DNA from: Candidatus Levyibacteriota bacterium
Lineage (GTDB): Bacteria; Patescibacteriota; Microgenomatia; Levybacterales; UBA12049
Reading direction: 5' to 3'
Length of the DNA stretch: 42,991 bases
Assembly (NCBI GenBank): GCA_013816255.1
Contig: JACDET010000007.1
Coordinates: 1 to 42,991 of the forward strand
How positions within the stretch are numbered: position 1 is the first letter of the stretch; each line of letters begins with the position of its first letter. A program made the position numbers and the translations under genes. The notes beneath the pieces were generated by a model, which did not search any database, was not told where the DNA came from, and saw nothing but the letters and a program-made list of their open reading frames with translations. Shown here in pieces: positions 35,506 through 42,991 of the stretch.

Positions 35506-37014
35506 TTAGGTTATTGCTCCTTTGGGAATTGCGTTTTGATCAAGATGCAATCCATGCTTGGTTTTACGCCACATGTGCGGCCTCTGTATCAAATCAATGA
35601 GTGCGATAATTGCACTAATACTGATCATCAACCAATACACCGGCGCCAAAAAACTGACGAGAATCAAACTCCATTGCCTCCTTTTTAAAGCACCCATCAT
35701 GTAAAAATAAATATATAAAAAATTCCCTGCAAAAAGACAAATAATTCCGAGGTAAAAAATAAATGAAGGGAAAAGAGATTCAATAAATGCACCTGATTGT
35801 CCTCTGAATGCGAAGTACACGAGTGTCAGTATCCACATGAATGGATTGACGAACATCGAAAGCACTTTGCCTCCGATGATAATTTGAAATGTCAAAATAT
35901 GAGGGTTTAGAGGATTTAAAAAATAACTGTCCATGCCCCGCATATGCACAAGATATGTTTGCATATATCCCTTGATCCAACGAGAGCGCTGTTGGAACCA
36001 ATTCATCAGATCACTATTGGCTTCCTCAAGCGTGGTCGAATCCAAAATTGCAGTCTTGTAACCATTCTTGAATAATCTCATTCCTAAATCTGCATCTTCT
36101 GTAACATTAAAAGGATCCCATCCATTAAGTTTTTGTAAATCGCTAATTCTGAAGTGATTTGATGTGCCACCTAGAGGTATCGGTGCATTAATCGATTGCA
36201 ATCCTGGAAGAATGAGGTCAAACCAGAGGGAATATTCAACTGAAAATAAGCGGGTCAAGATATTCTGATTGGGGTTATAAAAATTAAGCTTTGCTTGTAT
36301 ACACACAATGTCACGCGGCAACGTGTGAAACGCAATGAGGACCTTTTTTAATTGCTGTGGATCTGGCACATCTTCAGCATCATAAATGACTGCGACATCT
36401 CCTTTTACTTTACCTAATGCATAATTAAGTGCTTTTGGTTTTGTTTTGGGAAATGAGTGAGGAACCACAAGTATTGAAAAATACTCAGGGAGGTTTTGTT
36501 TGTTCGCTCGTTCTATTGTTTCTTTATCATCTTCTTCGAGTAATAACACAGCCTTTAATCTGTCTTTGGGATAATCTAACGCTTGTATAGCTTTCACAAA
36601 CTGTGGCAATATTTCCCATTCTTTATAGAGTGGACAAAGAACCACATATATTGGTAATTGGTATGCATGCAGTGCAGCAATATGTTTGTTCGCTATTTTT
36701 ATTTCAGGATTTACCGTAAAACTCCGTATCATCAAAAAGAGATTAAAGAGTAAATCAATAAAGTAAAAAATCGTCAGTGCACTGACCGTCACAATGAGCG
36801 TCGTGTGCCAATTTGTCGTGATTGTGTAGATATACGCGGTTACAAGAATAATGAGTACAACAAATTGGAGAAGACTAAATCGTACAAGAGCAGTATTCTT
36901 CCAATGTAAAGATGTGTGCGGTACAAATTTTTTCCCTTTGTAATGGAATCCTTTTCCTTCAATTTTTTCTTGTTCAATTGAGAAGGCTTCAATTTTCTCG
37001 TTGAAGTTAAACAT
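35506..37014 (-). CDS. Processive GT2 synthase (stand-alone member of the QRSRW-KGY subfamily)
   Basis: Motifs YDAEDVPDP, FNVTEDADLG, QRSRWIKGY. The track start at 37029 is TTG. The first ATG is 37014 (MFNFNEKIEAF). Confidence 0.85.
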   Translation of the reverse strand: MFNFNEKIEAFSIEQEKIEGKGFHYKGKKFVPHTSLHWKNTALVRFSLLQFVVLIILVTAYIYTITTNWHTTLIVTVSALTIFYFIDLLFNLFLMIRSFTVNPEIKIANKHIAALHAYQLPIYVVLCPLYKEWEILPQFVKAIQALDYPKDRLKAVLLLEEDDKETIERANKQNLPEYFSILVVPHSFPKTKPKALNYALGKVKGDVAVIYDAEDVPDPQQLKKVLIAFHTLPRDIVCIQAKLNFYNPNQNILTRLFSVEYSLWFDLILPGLQSINAPIPLGGTSNHFRISDLQKLNGWDPFNVTEDADLGMRLFKNGYKTAILDSTTLEEANSDLMNWFQQRSRWIKGYMQTYLVHMRGMDSYFLNPLNPHILTFQIIIGGKVLSMFVNPFMWILTLVYFAFRGQSGAFIESLFPSFIFYLGIICLFAGNFLYIYFYMMGALKRRQWSLILVSFLAPVYWLMISISAIIALIDLIQRPHMWRKTKHGLHLDQNAIPKGAIT

Positions 37015-37041
37015 CAGCAGCAAATACAAACGTATCGACGG

Positions 37042-37094
37042 CTAGCATATCAAATTATCACTAAATATACTAATCTGTAACATGCTCAAGGCTA
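37042..37094 (-). promoter_or_regulatory. Copy B of the conserved 53-nt upstream block
   Basis: Matches 32813..32865 at 48 of 53 positions. It lies immediately upstream of 35506..37014. Confidence 0.5.
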
Positions 37095-37171
37095 TTCTAG
37101 CTACAATGGTTATAGTTATGTAATGTTATACAAGAATACTATGAACACATAACGTATGCGATGGTATATAC

Positions 37172-37206
37172 CAGAACCAGGTTCGTACTAGGTAGACAAG
37201 CGGGGA
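37172..37206 (+). repeat. REP-B copy (right half)
   Basis: cagaaccaggttcgtactaggtagacaagcgggga. Confidence 0.7.
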
Positions 37207-37211
37207 TTCGA

Positions 37212-37220
37212 TGGTAGAAT
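37212..37220 (+). promoter_or_regulatory. Extended -10 element TGgTAGAAT ending 6 nt before the xseA ATG (possible leaderless transcript)
   Basis: atGGTAGAATgggattATG. A TAGACA -35-like hexamer at 37193..37198 lies inside the REP-B copy, with a 16-nt spacer. Confidence 0.4.
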
Positions 37221-37226
37221 GGGATT

Positions 37227-38558
37227 ATGAATCCTACACTTACATTCACCGTCTCCGAATATATCGCTACACTCAATGCTGCACTCAAAACGCTTGAAGC
37301 GCATGTCGTTGGTGAAGTCATCAAGGTTATCGTTTCGTCCCGTGGCCATGTCTATTTCACACTCAAAGATCGCGACCAGGATGCGGTGATCGATTGTGTC
37401 ATGTGGGGGTATAACTATAAAGTGAATGGTGTGCAATTGGAGACCGGAATGGAAGTGCAAATTGGAGGTTCGTCGCAGATGTATGCTCCGACTGGACGGA
37501 TCAGCTTTCATACCAAAACCCTTGCGCTTGTCGGTGAAGGGGCATTGAAAAAGGCATATGAGAAGTTGAAAAAAGAACTTGCAAGCCAAGGCTTGCTCGC
37601 TGAGGAACGCAAACGCCCTCTCCCCGCTTTCCCCAACCACATCGGTATCATAACCTCGCGACAAGGCGCTGTCATCCATGACTTTTCCAATAACCTCGGC
37701 ACCTGGGGATTTGCGCTCAAATTTGTCGATTCACGCGTCGAAGGCAAAGAAGCGCTTTTTGATCTGTTGCAAGCCATGAAAACGCTCCGAAAACAAAACC
37801 TCGATGTCCTCGTCATCATGCGTGGTGGCGGCTCGATGCAATCACTTGCAGCTTTTGATAACGAGTCTGTTGTCCGTGCAATTGCTGATTTCCCCGTCCC
37901 AGTCATCGCGGCGATCGGTCACCATCAGGATGTCCCACTTGCCGCCCTCGTCGCCGATCATGCTCCGTCCACACCCACGGCCGCGGCCCATTTGGTAAGT
38001 AGCTCATGGGACCAGGCTGAGAAAACACTCACAGCAAGTACCCAAACAATCTTCACAAAATACCGTGAACGCACACACCAGATCGCGCTTACACTCCAGT
38101 TGCGCCGTGAATCAATTGCTGAGAAATTCTCAGAATTTATCAAGATCTTTACCCAAGCCTCCGCTCATATCAGAAGGGCCATCACACGGCTTGAAGAAAC
38201 AACACAATTTCACCATGCATCCGTCGCTTCAACAGGAGCGCATCTGACAAATGGCTACAGTAAAGCATTGCTTGCCACGCAACACAATACAGATCTGCTT
38301 TGGCATGAGCGCATCAAACGTTCATTCATCGTCATCCAAAGCGCACAGTCCACAACTCTTGCGCATTGCGAACAAATCATCACACTCAACAACCCTTTAC
38401 GTCTGTTACAACACGGCTACAGCATCCTCAAAAACGGTGGTAAACTTGTAAAACACACAGAAGATGTTACAATTGGAGACAGTATACAAGTCCTCGTCGC
38501 AGATGGGATAATCCATTCAAAAGTGACGGACACAAAACGTACCAAACACACAACATAA
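37227..38558 (+). CDS. xseA: Exodeoxyribonuclease VII large subunit
   Basis: TVSEYIATLNAAL..GEV, GHVYFTLKD, IGIITSRQGAVIHDF, VLVIMRGGGS. About 440 aa. It is followed by the small subunit. Confidence 0.9.
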   Translation: MNPTLTFTVSEYIATLNAALKTLEAHVVGEVIKVIVSSRGHVYFTLKDRDQDAVIDCVMWGYNYKVNGVQLETGMEVQIGGSSQMYAPTGRISFHTKTLALVGEGALKKAYEKLKKELASQGLLAEERKRPLPAFPNHIGIITSRQGAVIHDFSNNLGTWGFALKFVDSRVEGKEALFDLLQAMKTLRKQNLDVLVIMRGGGSMQSLAAFDNESVVRAIADFPVPVIAAIGHHQDVPLAALVADHAPSTPTAAAHLVSSSWDQAEKTLTASTQTIFTKYRERTHQIALTLQLRRESIAEKFSEFIKIFTQASAHIRRAITRLEETTQFHHASVASTGAHLTNGYSKALLATQHNTDLLWHERIKRSFIVIQSAQSTTLAHCEQIITLNNPLRLLQHGYSILKNGGKLVKHTEDVTIGDSIQVLVADGIIHSKVTDTKRTKHTT

Positions 38559-38845
38559 TGGATAAAAAAACCAATCTCAGCCAAAATCTCACCAAACTCT
38601 CAGACATCGCGGCATGGTTTGATGAGCAAGCAACAGTTGACGTCGAAGAAGGCCTCGTCAAAGTCAAAGAAGCCGCCATCCTGATCAAAGAAAGCAAACT
38701 CCGGTTGAAAGCGATTGAGAATGAATTTGAGGAAATCAAAAAAGATATTGATACAGAAAGCGATCCAACTGATGCTTCAGAACCAACCAAAGAAGAACCA
38801 AAAAAAGAAACCACCCAACCCACCATCGACGAAATCCCTTTCTAA
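38558..38845 (+). CDS. xseB: Exodeoxyribonuclease VII small subunit
   Basis: TAATG overlap with xseA. Helical 95-aa protein reading LSDIAAWFDEQATVDVEEGLVKVKEAAILIKESKLRLKAIENEFEEI. Confidence 0.8.
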   Translation: MDKKTNLSQNLTKLSDIAAWFDEQATVDVEEGLVKVKEAAILIKESKLRLKAIENEFEEIKKDIDTESDPTDASEPTKEEPKKETTQPTIDEIPF

Positions 38846-38873
38846 AATCTAACTCCACTGTTATACTATATAT

Positions 38874-39251
38874 ATGAGTTTATTAGGTGGCATTCTCGGA
38901 CATGCAAGTGCTGTGACACAGGAGGAGATTGAAAAAGATGTCTCACCTGTGCTTATTGATAAAGAGCAAATTGAACACGCATACAAATTGGTTCGTGACC
39001 TTTTTATTTTTACCGATAAAAGACTGATTCTTCTGGACAAACAAGGTATTACGGGCAATAAGAGAGAATACTTTTCAATCCCTTACAAACACATAAGCCA
39101 TTTCAGCATTGAGACATCAGGTCATTTTGATATGGATTCCGAACTACGGATTTGGCTTATCGGTCACACAGTCCCTTTCAAGAAAGAATTCAAAAAAGGA
39201 GCCAATATAGAAGAAGTCCAAAAAACCCTCGCGACATATATCTTAAAATAA
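38874..39251 (+). CDS. Bacterial PH-domain protein (bPH_1/DUF1696-like)
   Basis: LIDKEQIEHAYKLVRDLFIFTDKRLILLDKQGITGNKREYFSIPYKHISHFSIETSG. Confidence 0.65.
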   Translation: MSLLGGILGHASAVTQEEIEKDVSPVLIDKEQIEHAYKLVRDLFIFTDKRLILLDKQGITGNKREYFSIPYKHISHFSIETSGHFDMDSELRIWLIGHTVPFKKEFKKGANIEEVQKTLATYILK

Positions 39252-39276
39252 GAATTTTCTAGCTTTCAAGTTGGAG

Positions 39277-40053
39277 TCAGATTAAAACCGCAAATTGAGA
39301 CTGAACCAACCACACAATAATACTGTAGACGAAATAGAATAGCTGATACCTCCCAATTGGAATTTGTTTTGTTTTGTATTTAAAATGAAAATAGACGAGT
39401 ATAAAAATAAGCGGGAAAAAGAGAAAGAATAGTTGATTGTAGAGGACGATAGTTGTTATCCATGCCACGGCAAAAAGAATGCTTAAGATATATTCTGAAA
39501 CTTTTTGTCGTTGTATATGCCTCTTATAAAATGCTGTACTCAAAGCACCAAGAGATGCAGACATAATGATTAAAGACGCGGGAACAGATAATGGCGGAAA
39601 GTGCAATAATAAAGCCACATAATAAAATTTAATCGCGTAAATAATAAAAATAATAATTAAATTCAGATAGGGACGATTTCTTAATCTGAAGGGTTCGACA
39701 CTATAGAGGATATTACACGCGTACATTATAAGAAGTAGCATTACAGACCGCGGATCGATCCAATACGAAAGCCCAACACCAATACTTATTGCGGTGCATG
39801 CAATTATCCAAAAAAGGCGCGCTCTCTTAATATGTGTGTAGAGGTTGGATTTTTTATGTTTGGTGTCTTCATGCCGATCTATATAATCATTCAAAAAATA
39901 TATTGGAGCATAACCAATAAAGTATGCTATGAGTCCGAGAAGGAGTTGCTGTAGTGAAATCTGATGGCCTGCGATAAAGAAAATAGCAAAATAGAGCCCA
40001 AAATAAAGATAAATATTTCTCGATAAATGACTGACGAATTTAATTTCTTTCAC
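39277..40053 (-). CDS. UbiA-superfamily prenyltransferase-like membrane protein (short, atypical)
   Basis: NDYIDRHED (NDxxDxxxD) follows the second TM segment. About 8 TM segments. GTG start with no in-frame ATG nearby. Confidence 0.55.
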   Translation of the reverse strand: MKEIKFVSHLSRNIYLYFGLYFAIFFIAGHQISLQQLLLGLIAYFIGYAPIYFLNDYIDRHEDTKHKKSNLYTHIKRARLFWIIACTAISIGVGLSYWIDPRSVMLLLIMYACNILYSVEPFRLRNRPYLNLIIIFIIYAIKFYYVALLLHFPPLSVPASLIIMSASLGALSTAFYKRHIQRQKVSEYILSILFAVAWITTIVLYNQLFFLFFPLIFILVYFHFKYKTKQIPIGRYQLFYFVYSIIVWLVQSQFAVLI

Positions 40054-40072
40054 GATAGTAATTAGTACTATA

Positions 40073-40081
40073 ATTATACCA
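40073..40081 (-). promoter_or_regulatory. Extended -10 element TGgTATAAT
   Basis: The minus strand reads catGGTATAATtatagtactaattactatcGTG. It abuts the REP-B copy. Confidence 0.45.
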
Positions 40082-40092
40082 TGATTTCCAAC

Positions 40093-40127
40093 CAGAACCA
40101 GGTTCTGACTAGGTAGACGAGTCGGGA
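40093..40127 (+). repeat. REP-B copy (right half)
   Basis: cagaaccaggttctgactaggtagacgagtcggga. Confidence 0.7.
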
Positions 40128-40156
40128 ATTAATCCATACTTGGAGTGGGATACAGA

Positions 40157-40789
40157 TTAACGGGAAGAACCGCTATTGTCCGCGAATATGACCAAACGTT
40201 TCGTATAGCTTTTCTTCGCTTCGTCCCATACACCATCGCAGGTAATCAGATTCACATGAGCACTATCGCTTTGACTGAAGACATCTTCTGCATACCCGGG
40301 ATCGTAGAGTCTGCTCTTTCTGACAATAAAAGTAATCATAACGCCTCTATCATCTTCTACGTAAAACCTATCTCCTTCTTTCAGCTTGTACAAATCTACA
40401 AAAACACCAGCTTTTCCATCCACGCCAGAAACATGCCCAGATATAACTGCACTTCCCCGCTCACCCGGCCGCGGTCCGAGAGCGAACCATCCTGCATCCA
40501 ACGTGTCCGTCGGGACTTCCATATCACCCGTTGCAGTGACACCAACATTTTCAATGTTCGTATCAACATTGATCTTTGGAATTTTAATACGCACTGGAAA
40601 ACCTGGTTTTTCAGTTTGTGTACCTTTTGCTATTTTTTGTTTTGCATTAAACGTATTTGTCACGTTATTCTGTTCTATATGGACTAGAGAGATAGCGCTG
40701 GCAACAAGGATAAAGAGGCATAGTACATAAAGTACATGTACCAATTGAAATTTTCTATGAGGTTTCACTGAACGTTTGTAGGCTTTCAC
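40157..40789 (-). CDS. Sortase (class F-like)
   Basis: TM anchor. LDAGWF, PGERGSAVISGHV (His), VNLITCDG (Cys), KRLVIFA (Arg). The GTG start overlaps the upstream TAG by 1 nt. Confidence 0.85.
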   Translation of the reverse strand: MKAYKRSVKPHRKFQLVHVLYVLCLFILVASAISLVHIEQNNVTNTFNAKQKIAKGTQTEKPGFPVRIKIPKINVDTNIENVGVTATGDMEVPTDTLDAGWFALGPRPGERGSAVISGHVSGVDGKAGVFVDLYKLKEGDRFYVEDDRGVMITFIVRKSRLYDPGYAEDVFSQSDSAHVNLITCDGVWDEAKKSYTKRLVIFADNSGSSR

Positions 40790-42036
40790 TATTTGACTGA
40801 TCCGCTTTGCTTCCTATACAAGTATGTGAAGAGTATTGCTGCTCCGAAAATGCCTCCTACGGGCAAATACCATTGTGAACTGTCTCCTTTGGATGCAGCC
40901 ATTCCGGTGTTTGGTAAACCAGGTCCTCCGACAAATTTCGACTCGCCATAGACACCAATCGCGCAATCATTTCTAGCAGCTACCTGAATCCAGATGGGTT
41001 GATTCGCTGGAAGATTATTAATCGTTGTCGAGAAACCTGTCACGTTTGTATTGTAGAGCCAATTGCCATTGGTGAGACCATAGCGGACGTTGAAATTGTT
41101 TATTCCGGCATATGGTCCCCATTTGAGAGAAATACTTGTAGGACTCACTCTTCTTGATTCGAGAATGATTGGGATGGTGTTGATAGGAGCGGAGGTACAA
41201 ACTCCACCCGTTGATGGAGCGCTGGATACCGAGCTTGACGTATTGGTGGCAGCACATGATTGCTTTATGACGGTGGTATTGTTCAACGTCACAGCTCCAT
41301 CTCGTGCAAGTAATCGTCCATTGACAGTCGAAGTGCCATTATCAGTAATTGATGTTAATGCAAAGAGATTACCTACTAGTGTCGTGGAGGTGCCAAGTGT
41401 AGCGGATGATCCGACTTGCCAGTAGACGTTGCAGGCTTGCGCTCCATTGGTCAGAACAACCCGGCTTGAAGAAGCGGTAATCAAGGTAGATGCCATTTTA
41501 AAGATAAAGACTGAATCGGAATTTCCCTGTCCATCAAGTGTCACAGTCCCGGTTAGATCAAACGTTCCAGCGGCTGAATCATAAACGCCATCGGTCAATG
41601 TAGCTCCTCCAAGCTGTGTTGCTATCGTTGCCGTGGTCGGTCTGTTTGCGGCGTCATTATATGCTGTAACCAGATCGTTTTTGGCAGTAATCAATAACCC
41701 GGCGTTTGATTGAAGACATGCTGTGCTCCCTCCGCCTCCACCGACGTAACCGCCATTGGTGTCATAGATTGTCCCAGTCATTTCACTACATGTTAAACCT
41801 GTTATCGAAGCGCCGCCTGTAGGACTCAAACCCACATCGCCAATAACAACCGATGTTCCTGTATCAGAGATGCCGGATCCTGCGAGAACTGCAAAGTTAT
41901 CTGCACTCAACAGACTGATTCTGGCTTGTGCTGCTTCAACTTGTGTGGGCGACATATAAATGAGTGTGACAAACATTAGAAGAGGGATAAATATAAGGAG
42001 GGACTGAATAATTTGTATCTTACGCAAGAATTTCAT
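40789..42036 (-). CDS. Surface protein: DUF3494 (ice-binding-like beta-solenoid) domain, FN3-like domain and LPNTG sorting signal
   Basis: Signal peptide. NFAVLAGSGISDTGTSVVIGDVGLSPTGGASITG. FN3-like segment PTSISLKWGPYAGINNFNVRYG..IWIQVAARND. C-terminal LPNTG, a hydrophobic helix, then YRKQSGSVK. Confidence 0.8.
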   Translation of the reverse strand: MKFLRKIQIIQSLLIFIPLLMFVTLIYMSPTQVEAAQARISLLSADNFAVLAGSGISDTGTSVVIGDVGLSPTGGASITGLTCSEMTGTIYDTNGGYVGGGGGSTACLQSNAGLLITAKNDLVTAYNDAANRPTTATIATQLGGATLTDGVYDSAAGTFDLTGTVTLDGQGNSDSVFIFKMASTLITASSSRVVLTNGAQACNVYWQVGSSATLGTSTTLVGNLFALTSITDNGTSTVNGRLLARDGAVTLNNTTVIKQSCAATNTSSSVSSAPSTGGVCTSAPINTIPIILESRRVSPTSISLKWGPYAGINNFNVRYGLTNGNWLYNTNVTGFSTTINNLPANQPIWIQVAARNDCAIGVYGESKFVGGPGLPNTGMAASKGDSSQWYLPVGGIFGAAILFTYLYRKQSGSVK

Positions 42037-42185
42037 ATATTGCTGTTCTCACTACATTCTATGCTTTCGGTCGGTGTTCCACGGATACAAACTGTCAATC
42101 AAATGGTACATAAATGTAACCTGTATCTATCAAAACAGCTCTATATTGATATGTCAACAACGAACATGTGTTTTTAACCGCATTG

Positions 42186-42224
42186 AAAATAAAAACGCCC
42201 CACCCGGACTAAATCGAGTTGGGC
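42186..42224 (-). terminator. Possible intrinsic terminator on the minus strand
   Basis: The minus strand reads GCCCAACtcgatttagtccGGGTGGGGCgtttttatttt. The stem is imperfect and GC-rich, followed by a U-run. No obvious upstream minus-strand gene. Confidence 0.3.
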
Positions 42225-42274
42225 AATGGGAAATACGCATAAGGGGTTGCCTTACTGATTAAGCGTATTTGTTG

Positions 42275-42310
42275 CACGAACCTGGTTCGTGCTAGGTAGA
42301 CGAGTCGGGA
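42275..42310 (+). repeat. REP-B copy (right half)
   Basis: cacgaacctggttcgtgctaggtagacgagtcggga. The 17-nt head is a perfect palindrome apart from its central base. Confidence 0.7.
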
Positions 42311-42329
42311 GTGTGTGCTTATTTTCTCC

Positions 42330-42338
42330 TGCTATAAT
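42330..42338 (+). promoter_or_regulatory. Extended -10 promoter TGcTATAAT
   Basis: ctccTGCTATAATga, 53 nt upstream of the ABC transporter ATG. Confidence 0.5.
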
Positions 42339-42391
42339 GATCCAGTACAAACTATGAATCATAAAAATGCATTCAATGAGGAGAATACTCT

Positions 42392-42991
42392 ATGAATCCT
42401 AAAGGTAATGGACTTGGGCGGTCTATGCGGTCGTTCACACAAGATGATTCGGTCAAAAATAGGAAGATTTCCTCAGGGACGAAGAAGCGGATACTTGCTT
42501 TTGCAGCTCCATATAAAAAGCTGCTTATCTTCTTTTTTCTCATGGTGATTCTTTCGGCCGCAATTGGCGCTGTCAATCCGCTGATCTTTCGTGAGATTAT
42601 CAACAAAGGAATCCTCGGACAAAACGCAAATATCGTCATCCAATTTGCCCTCATTATCGCAGGACTGGCTGTCGTTGATGCAATCACATCTCTTATCCAA
42701 CGCTACTTTTCCTCCCGCATCGGTGAAGGACTTATTTATGATATGCGCACCCAAGTCTTTGCCCATATCCAGAAAATGCCGATTGCTTTCTATATGCGGA
42801 CCCAAACAGGCTCTCTCGTCAGTAGGCTTGATAATGATGTGCAAGGAGCGCAACAAGCTTTCACAAGTGTCCTCTCAACAGTAGTTGGCAATGTCATCAG
42901 TGTGATTCTTGTGCTGATCGCGATGTTCATATTATCTTGGCAACTGACACTTGTTTCACTTCTGATGCTTCCCCTCTTTGTTCTCCCCGCC
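42392..42991 (+). CDS. ABC exporter, fused permease/ATPase type (MsbA-like); only the N-terminal TMD is present (truncated by window edge)
   Basis: Absent from the ORF track because it is open-ended. GAGGAG RBS 8 nt upstream. MNPKGNGLGRSMRSF..FAAPYKKLLIFFFLMVILSAAIGAVNPLIFREII..FYMRTQTGSLVSRLDNDVQGAQQAF is a typical type-1 ABC exporter TMD. Confidence 0.8.
   Translation, partial: MNPKGNGLGRSMRSFTQDDSVKNRKISSGTKKRILAFAAPYKKLLIFFFLMVILSAAIGAVNPLIFREIINKGILGQNANIVIQFALIIAGLAVVDAITSLIQRYFSSRIGEGLIYDMRTQVFAHIQKMPIAFYMRTQTGSLVSRLDNDVQGAQQAFTSVLSTVVGNVISVILVLIAMFILSWQLTLVSLLMLPLFVLPA

Noticed and set aside
37172-37206. A tRNA or tRNA-fragment (att-like) interpretation of the ggttcg-containing REP-B sequence.
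   Set aside because: The resemblance is limited to a T-loop-like GGTTCG. There is no cloverleaf, no acceptor stem and no CCA context. The same sequence flanks the RAYT gene in inverted orientation, which fits a REP instead.
40789-42036. Annotating the DUF3494 protein literally as an antifreeze or ice-binding protein.
   Set aside because: Only the fold-level motif is visible. Nothing in the sequence indicates cold adaptation, so an adhesin or glycan-binding role is equally plausible. The neutral domain name was kept.
1-42991. Use of an alternative genetic code (UGA recoding, as in some candidate phyla).
   Set aside because: All large genes are intact, motif-bearing ORFs under the standard code, and several end at TGA (for example 24296..24298, and the ATGA overlaps at 12411..12414, 15345..15348 and 29301..29304). 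There is no sign of in-frame TGA read-through.

Overview
This is an AT-rich, tightly packed bacterial chromosomal segment read with the standard genetic code. Many genes overlap by ATGA or TAATG. Sortases, LPXTG-type surface proteins and the absence of outer-membrane genes suggest a monoderm, possibly a CPR/Patescibacteria-like or Firmicutes-like organism (inference only).

About 80% of the window encodes cell-envelope glycan machinery with an unusual modular layout:
- Six processive GT2 synthase modules: four of one QR[ST]RW subfamily and two BcsA/CrdS-like.
- Three non-processive GT2 modules. Two of them look like polyprenyl-phosphate-sugar synthases and are fused N-terminally to processive synthases.
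- One GT4 module.
- Five to six GT-C-type polytopic membrane proteins, three of which belong to an unassigned YND-SH-IAR family.
- Hydrolases of four families (GH8, GH26, GH81, GH5). GH8 and GH5 are fused to GT-C membrane domains.
- A CE4 deacetylase, a pyruvyl transferase and a HlyD-like adaptor.

Other genes are two sortase/substrate pairs (LAPTG and LPNTG sorting signals), a secreted two-repeat protein, a VapBC-type TA module, a REP-associated tyrosine transposase, xseA/xseB, a bacterial PH-domain protein, a UbiA-like protein and the truncated start of an ABC exporter.

The noncoding DNA is also structured:
- A REP family tied to the RAYT: 35-nt inverted copies flank the gene and four more copies are dispersed.
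- A second family of GTCAT-box hairpins whose stems co-vary.
- A 416-bp imperfect inverted repeat.
- A 627-bp gene-free gap with a relatively GC-rich core.
- A duplicated 53-nt upstream block.
- Several consensus or extended -10 promoters, some very close to start codons.

No rRNA, tRNA or CRISPR array was recognised. All family calls come from motifs read by eye. No database search was run.
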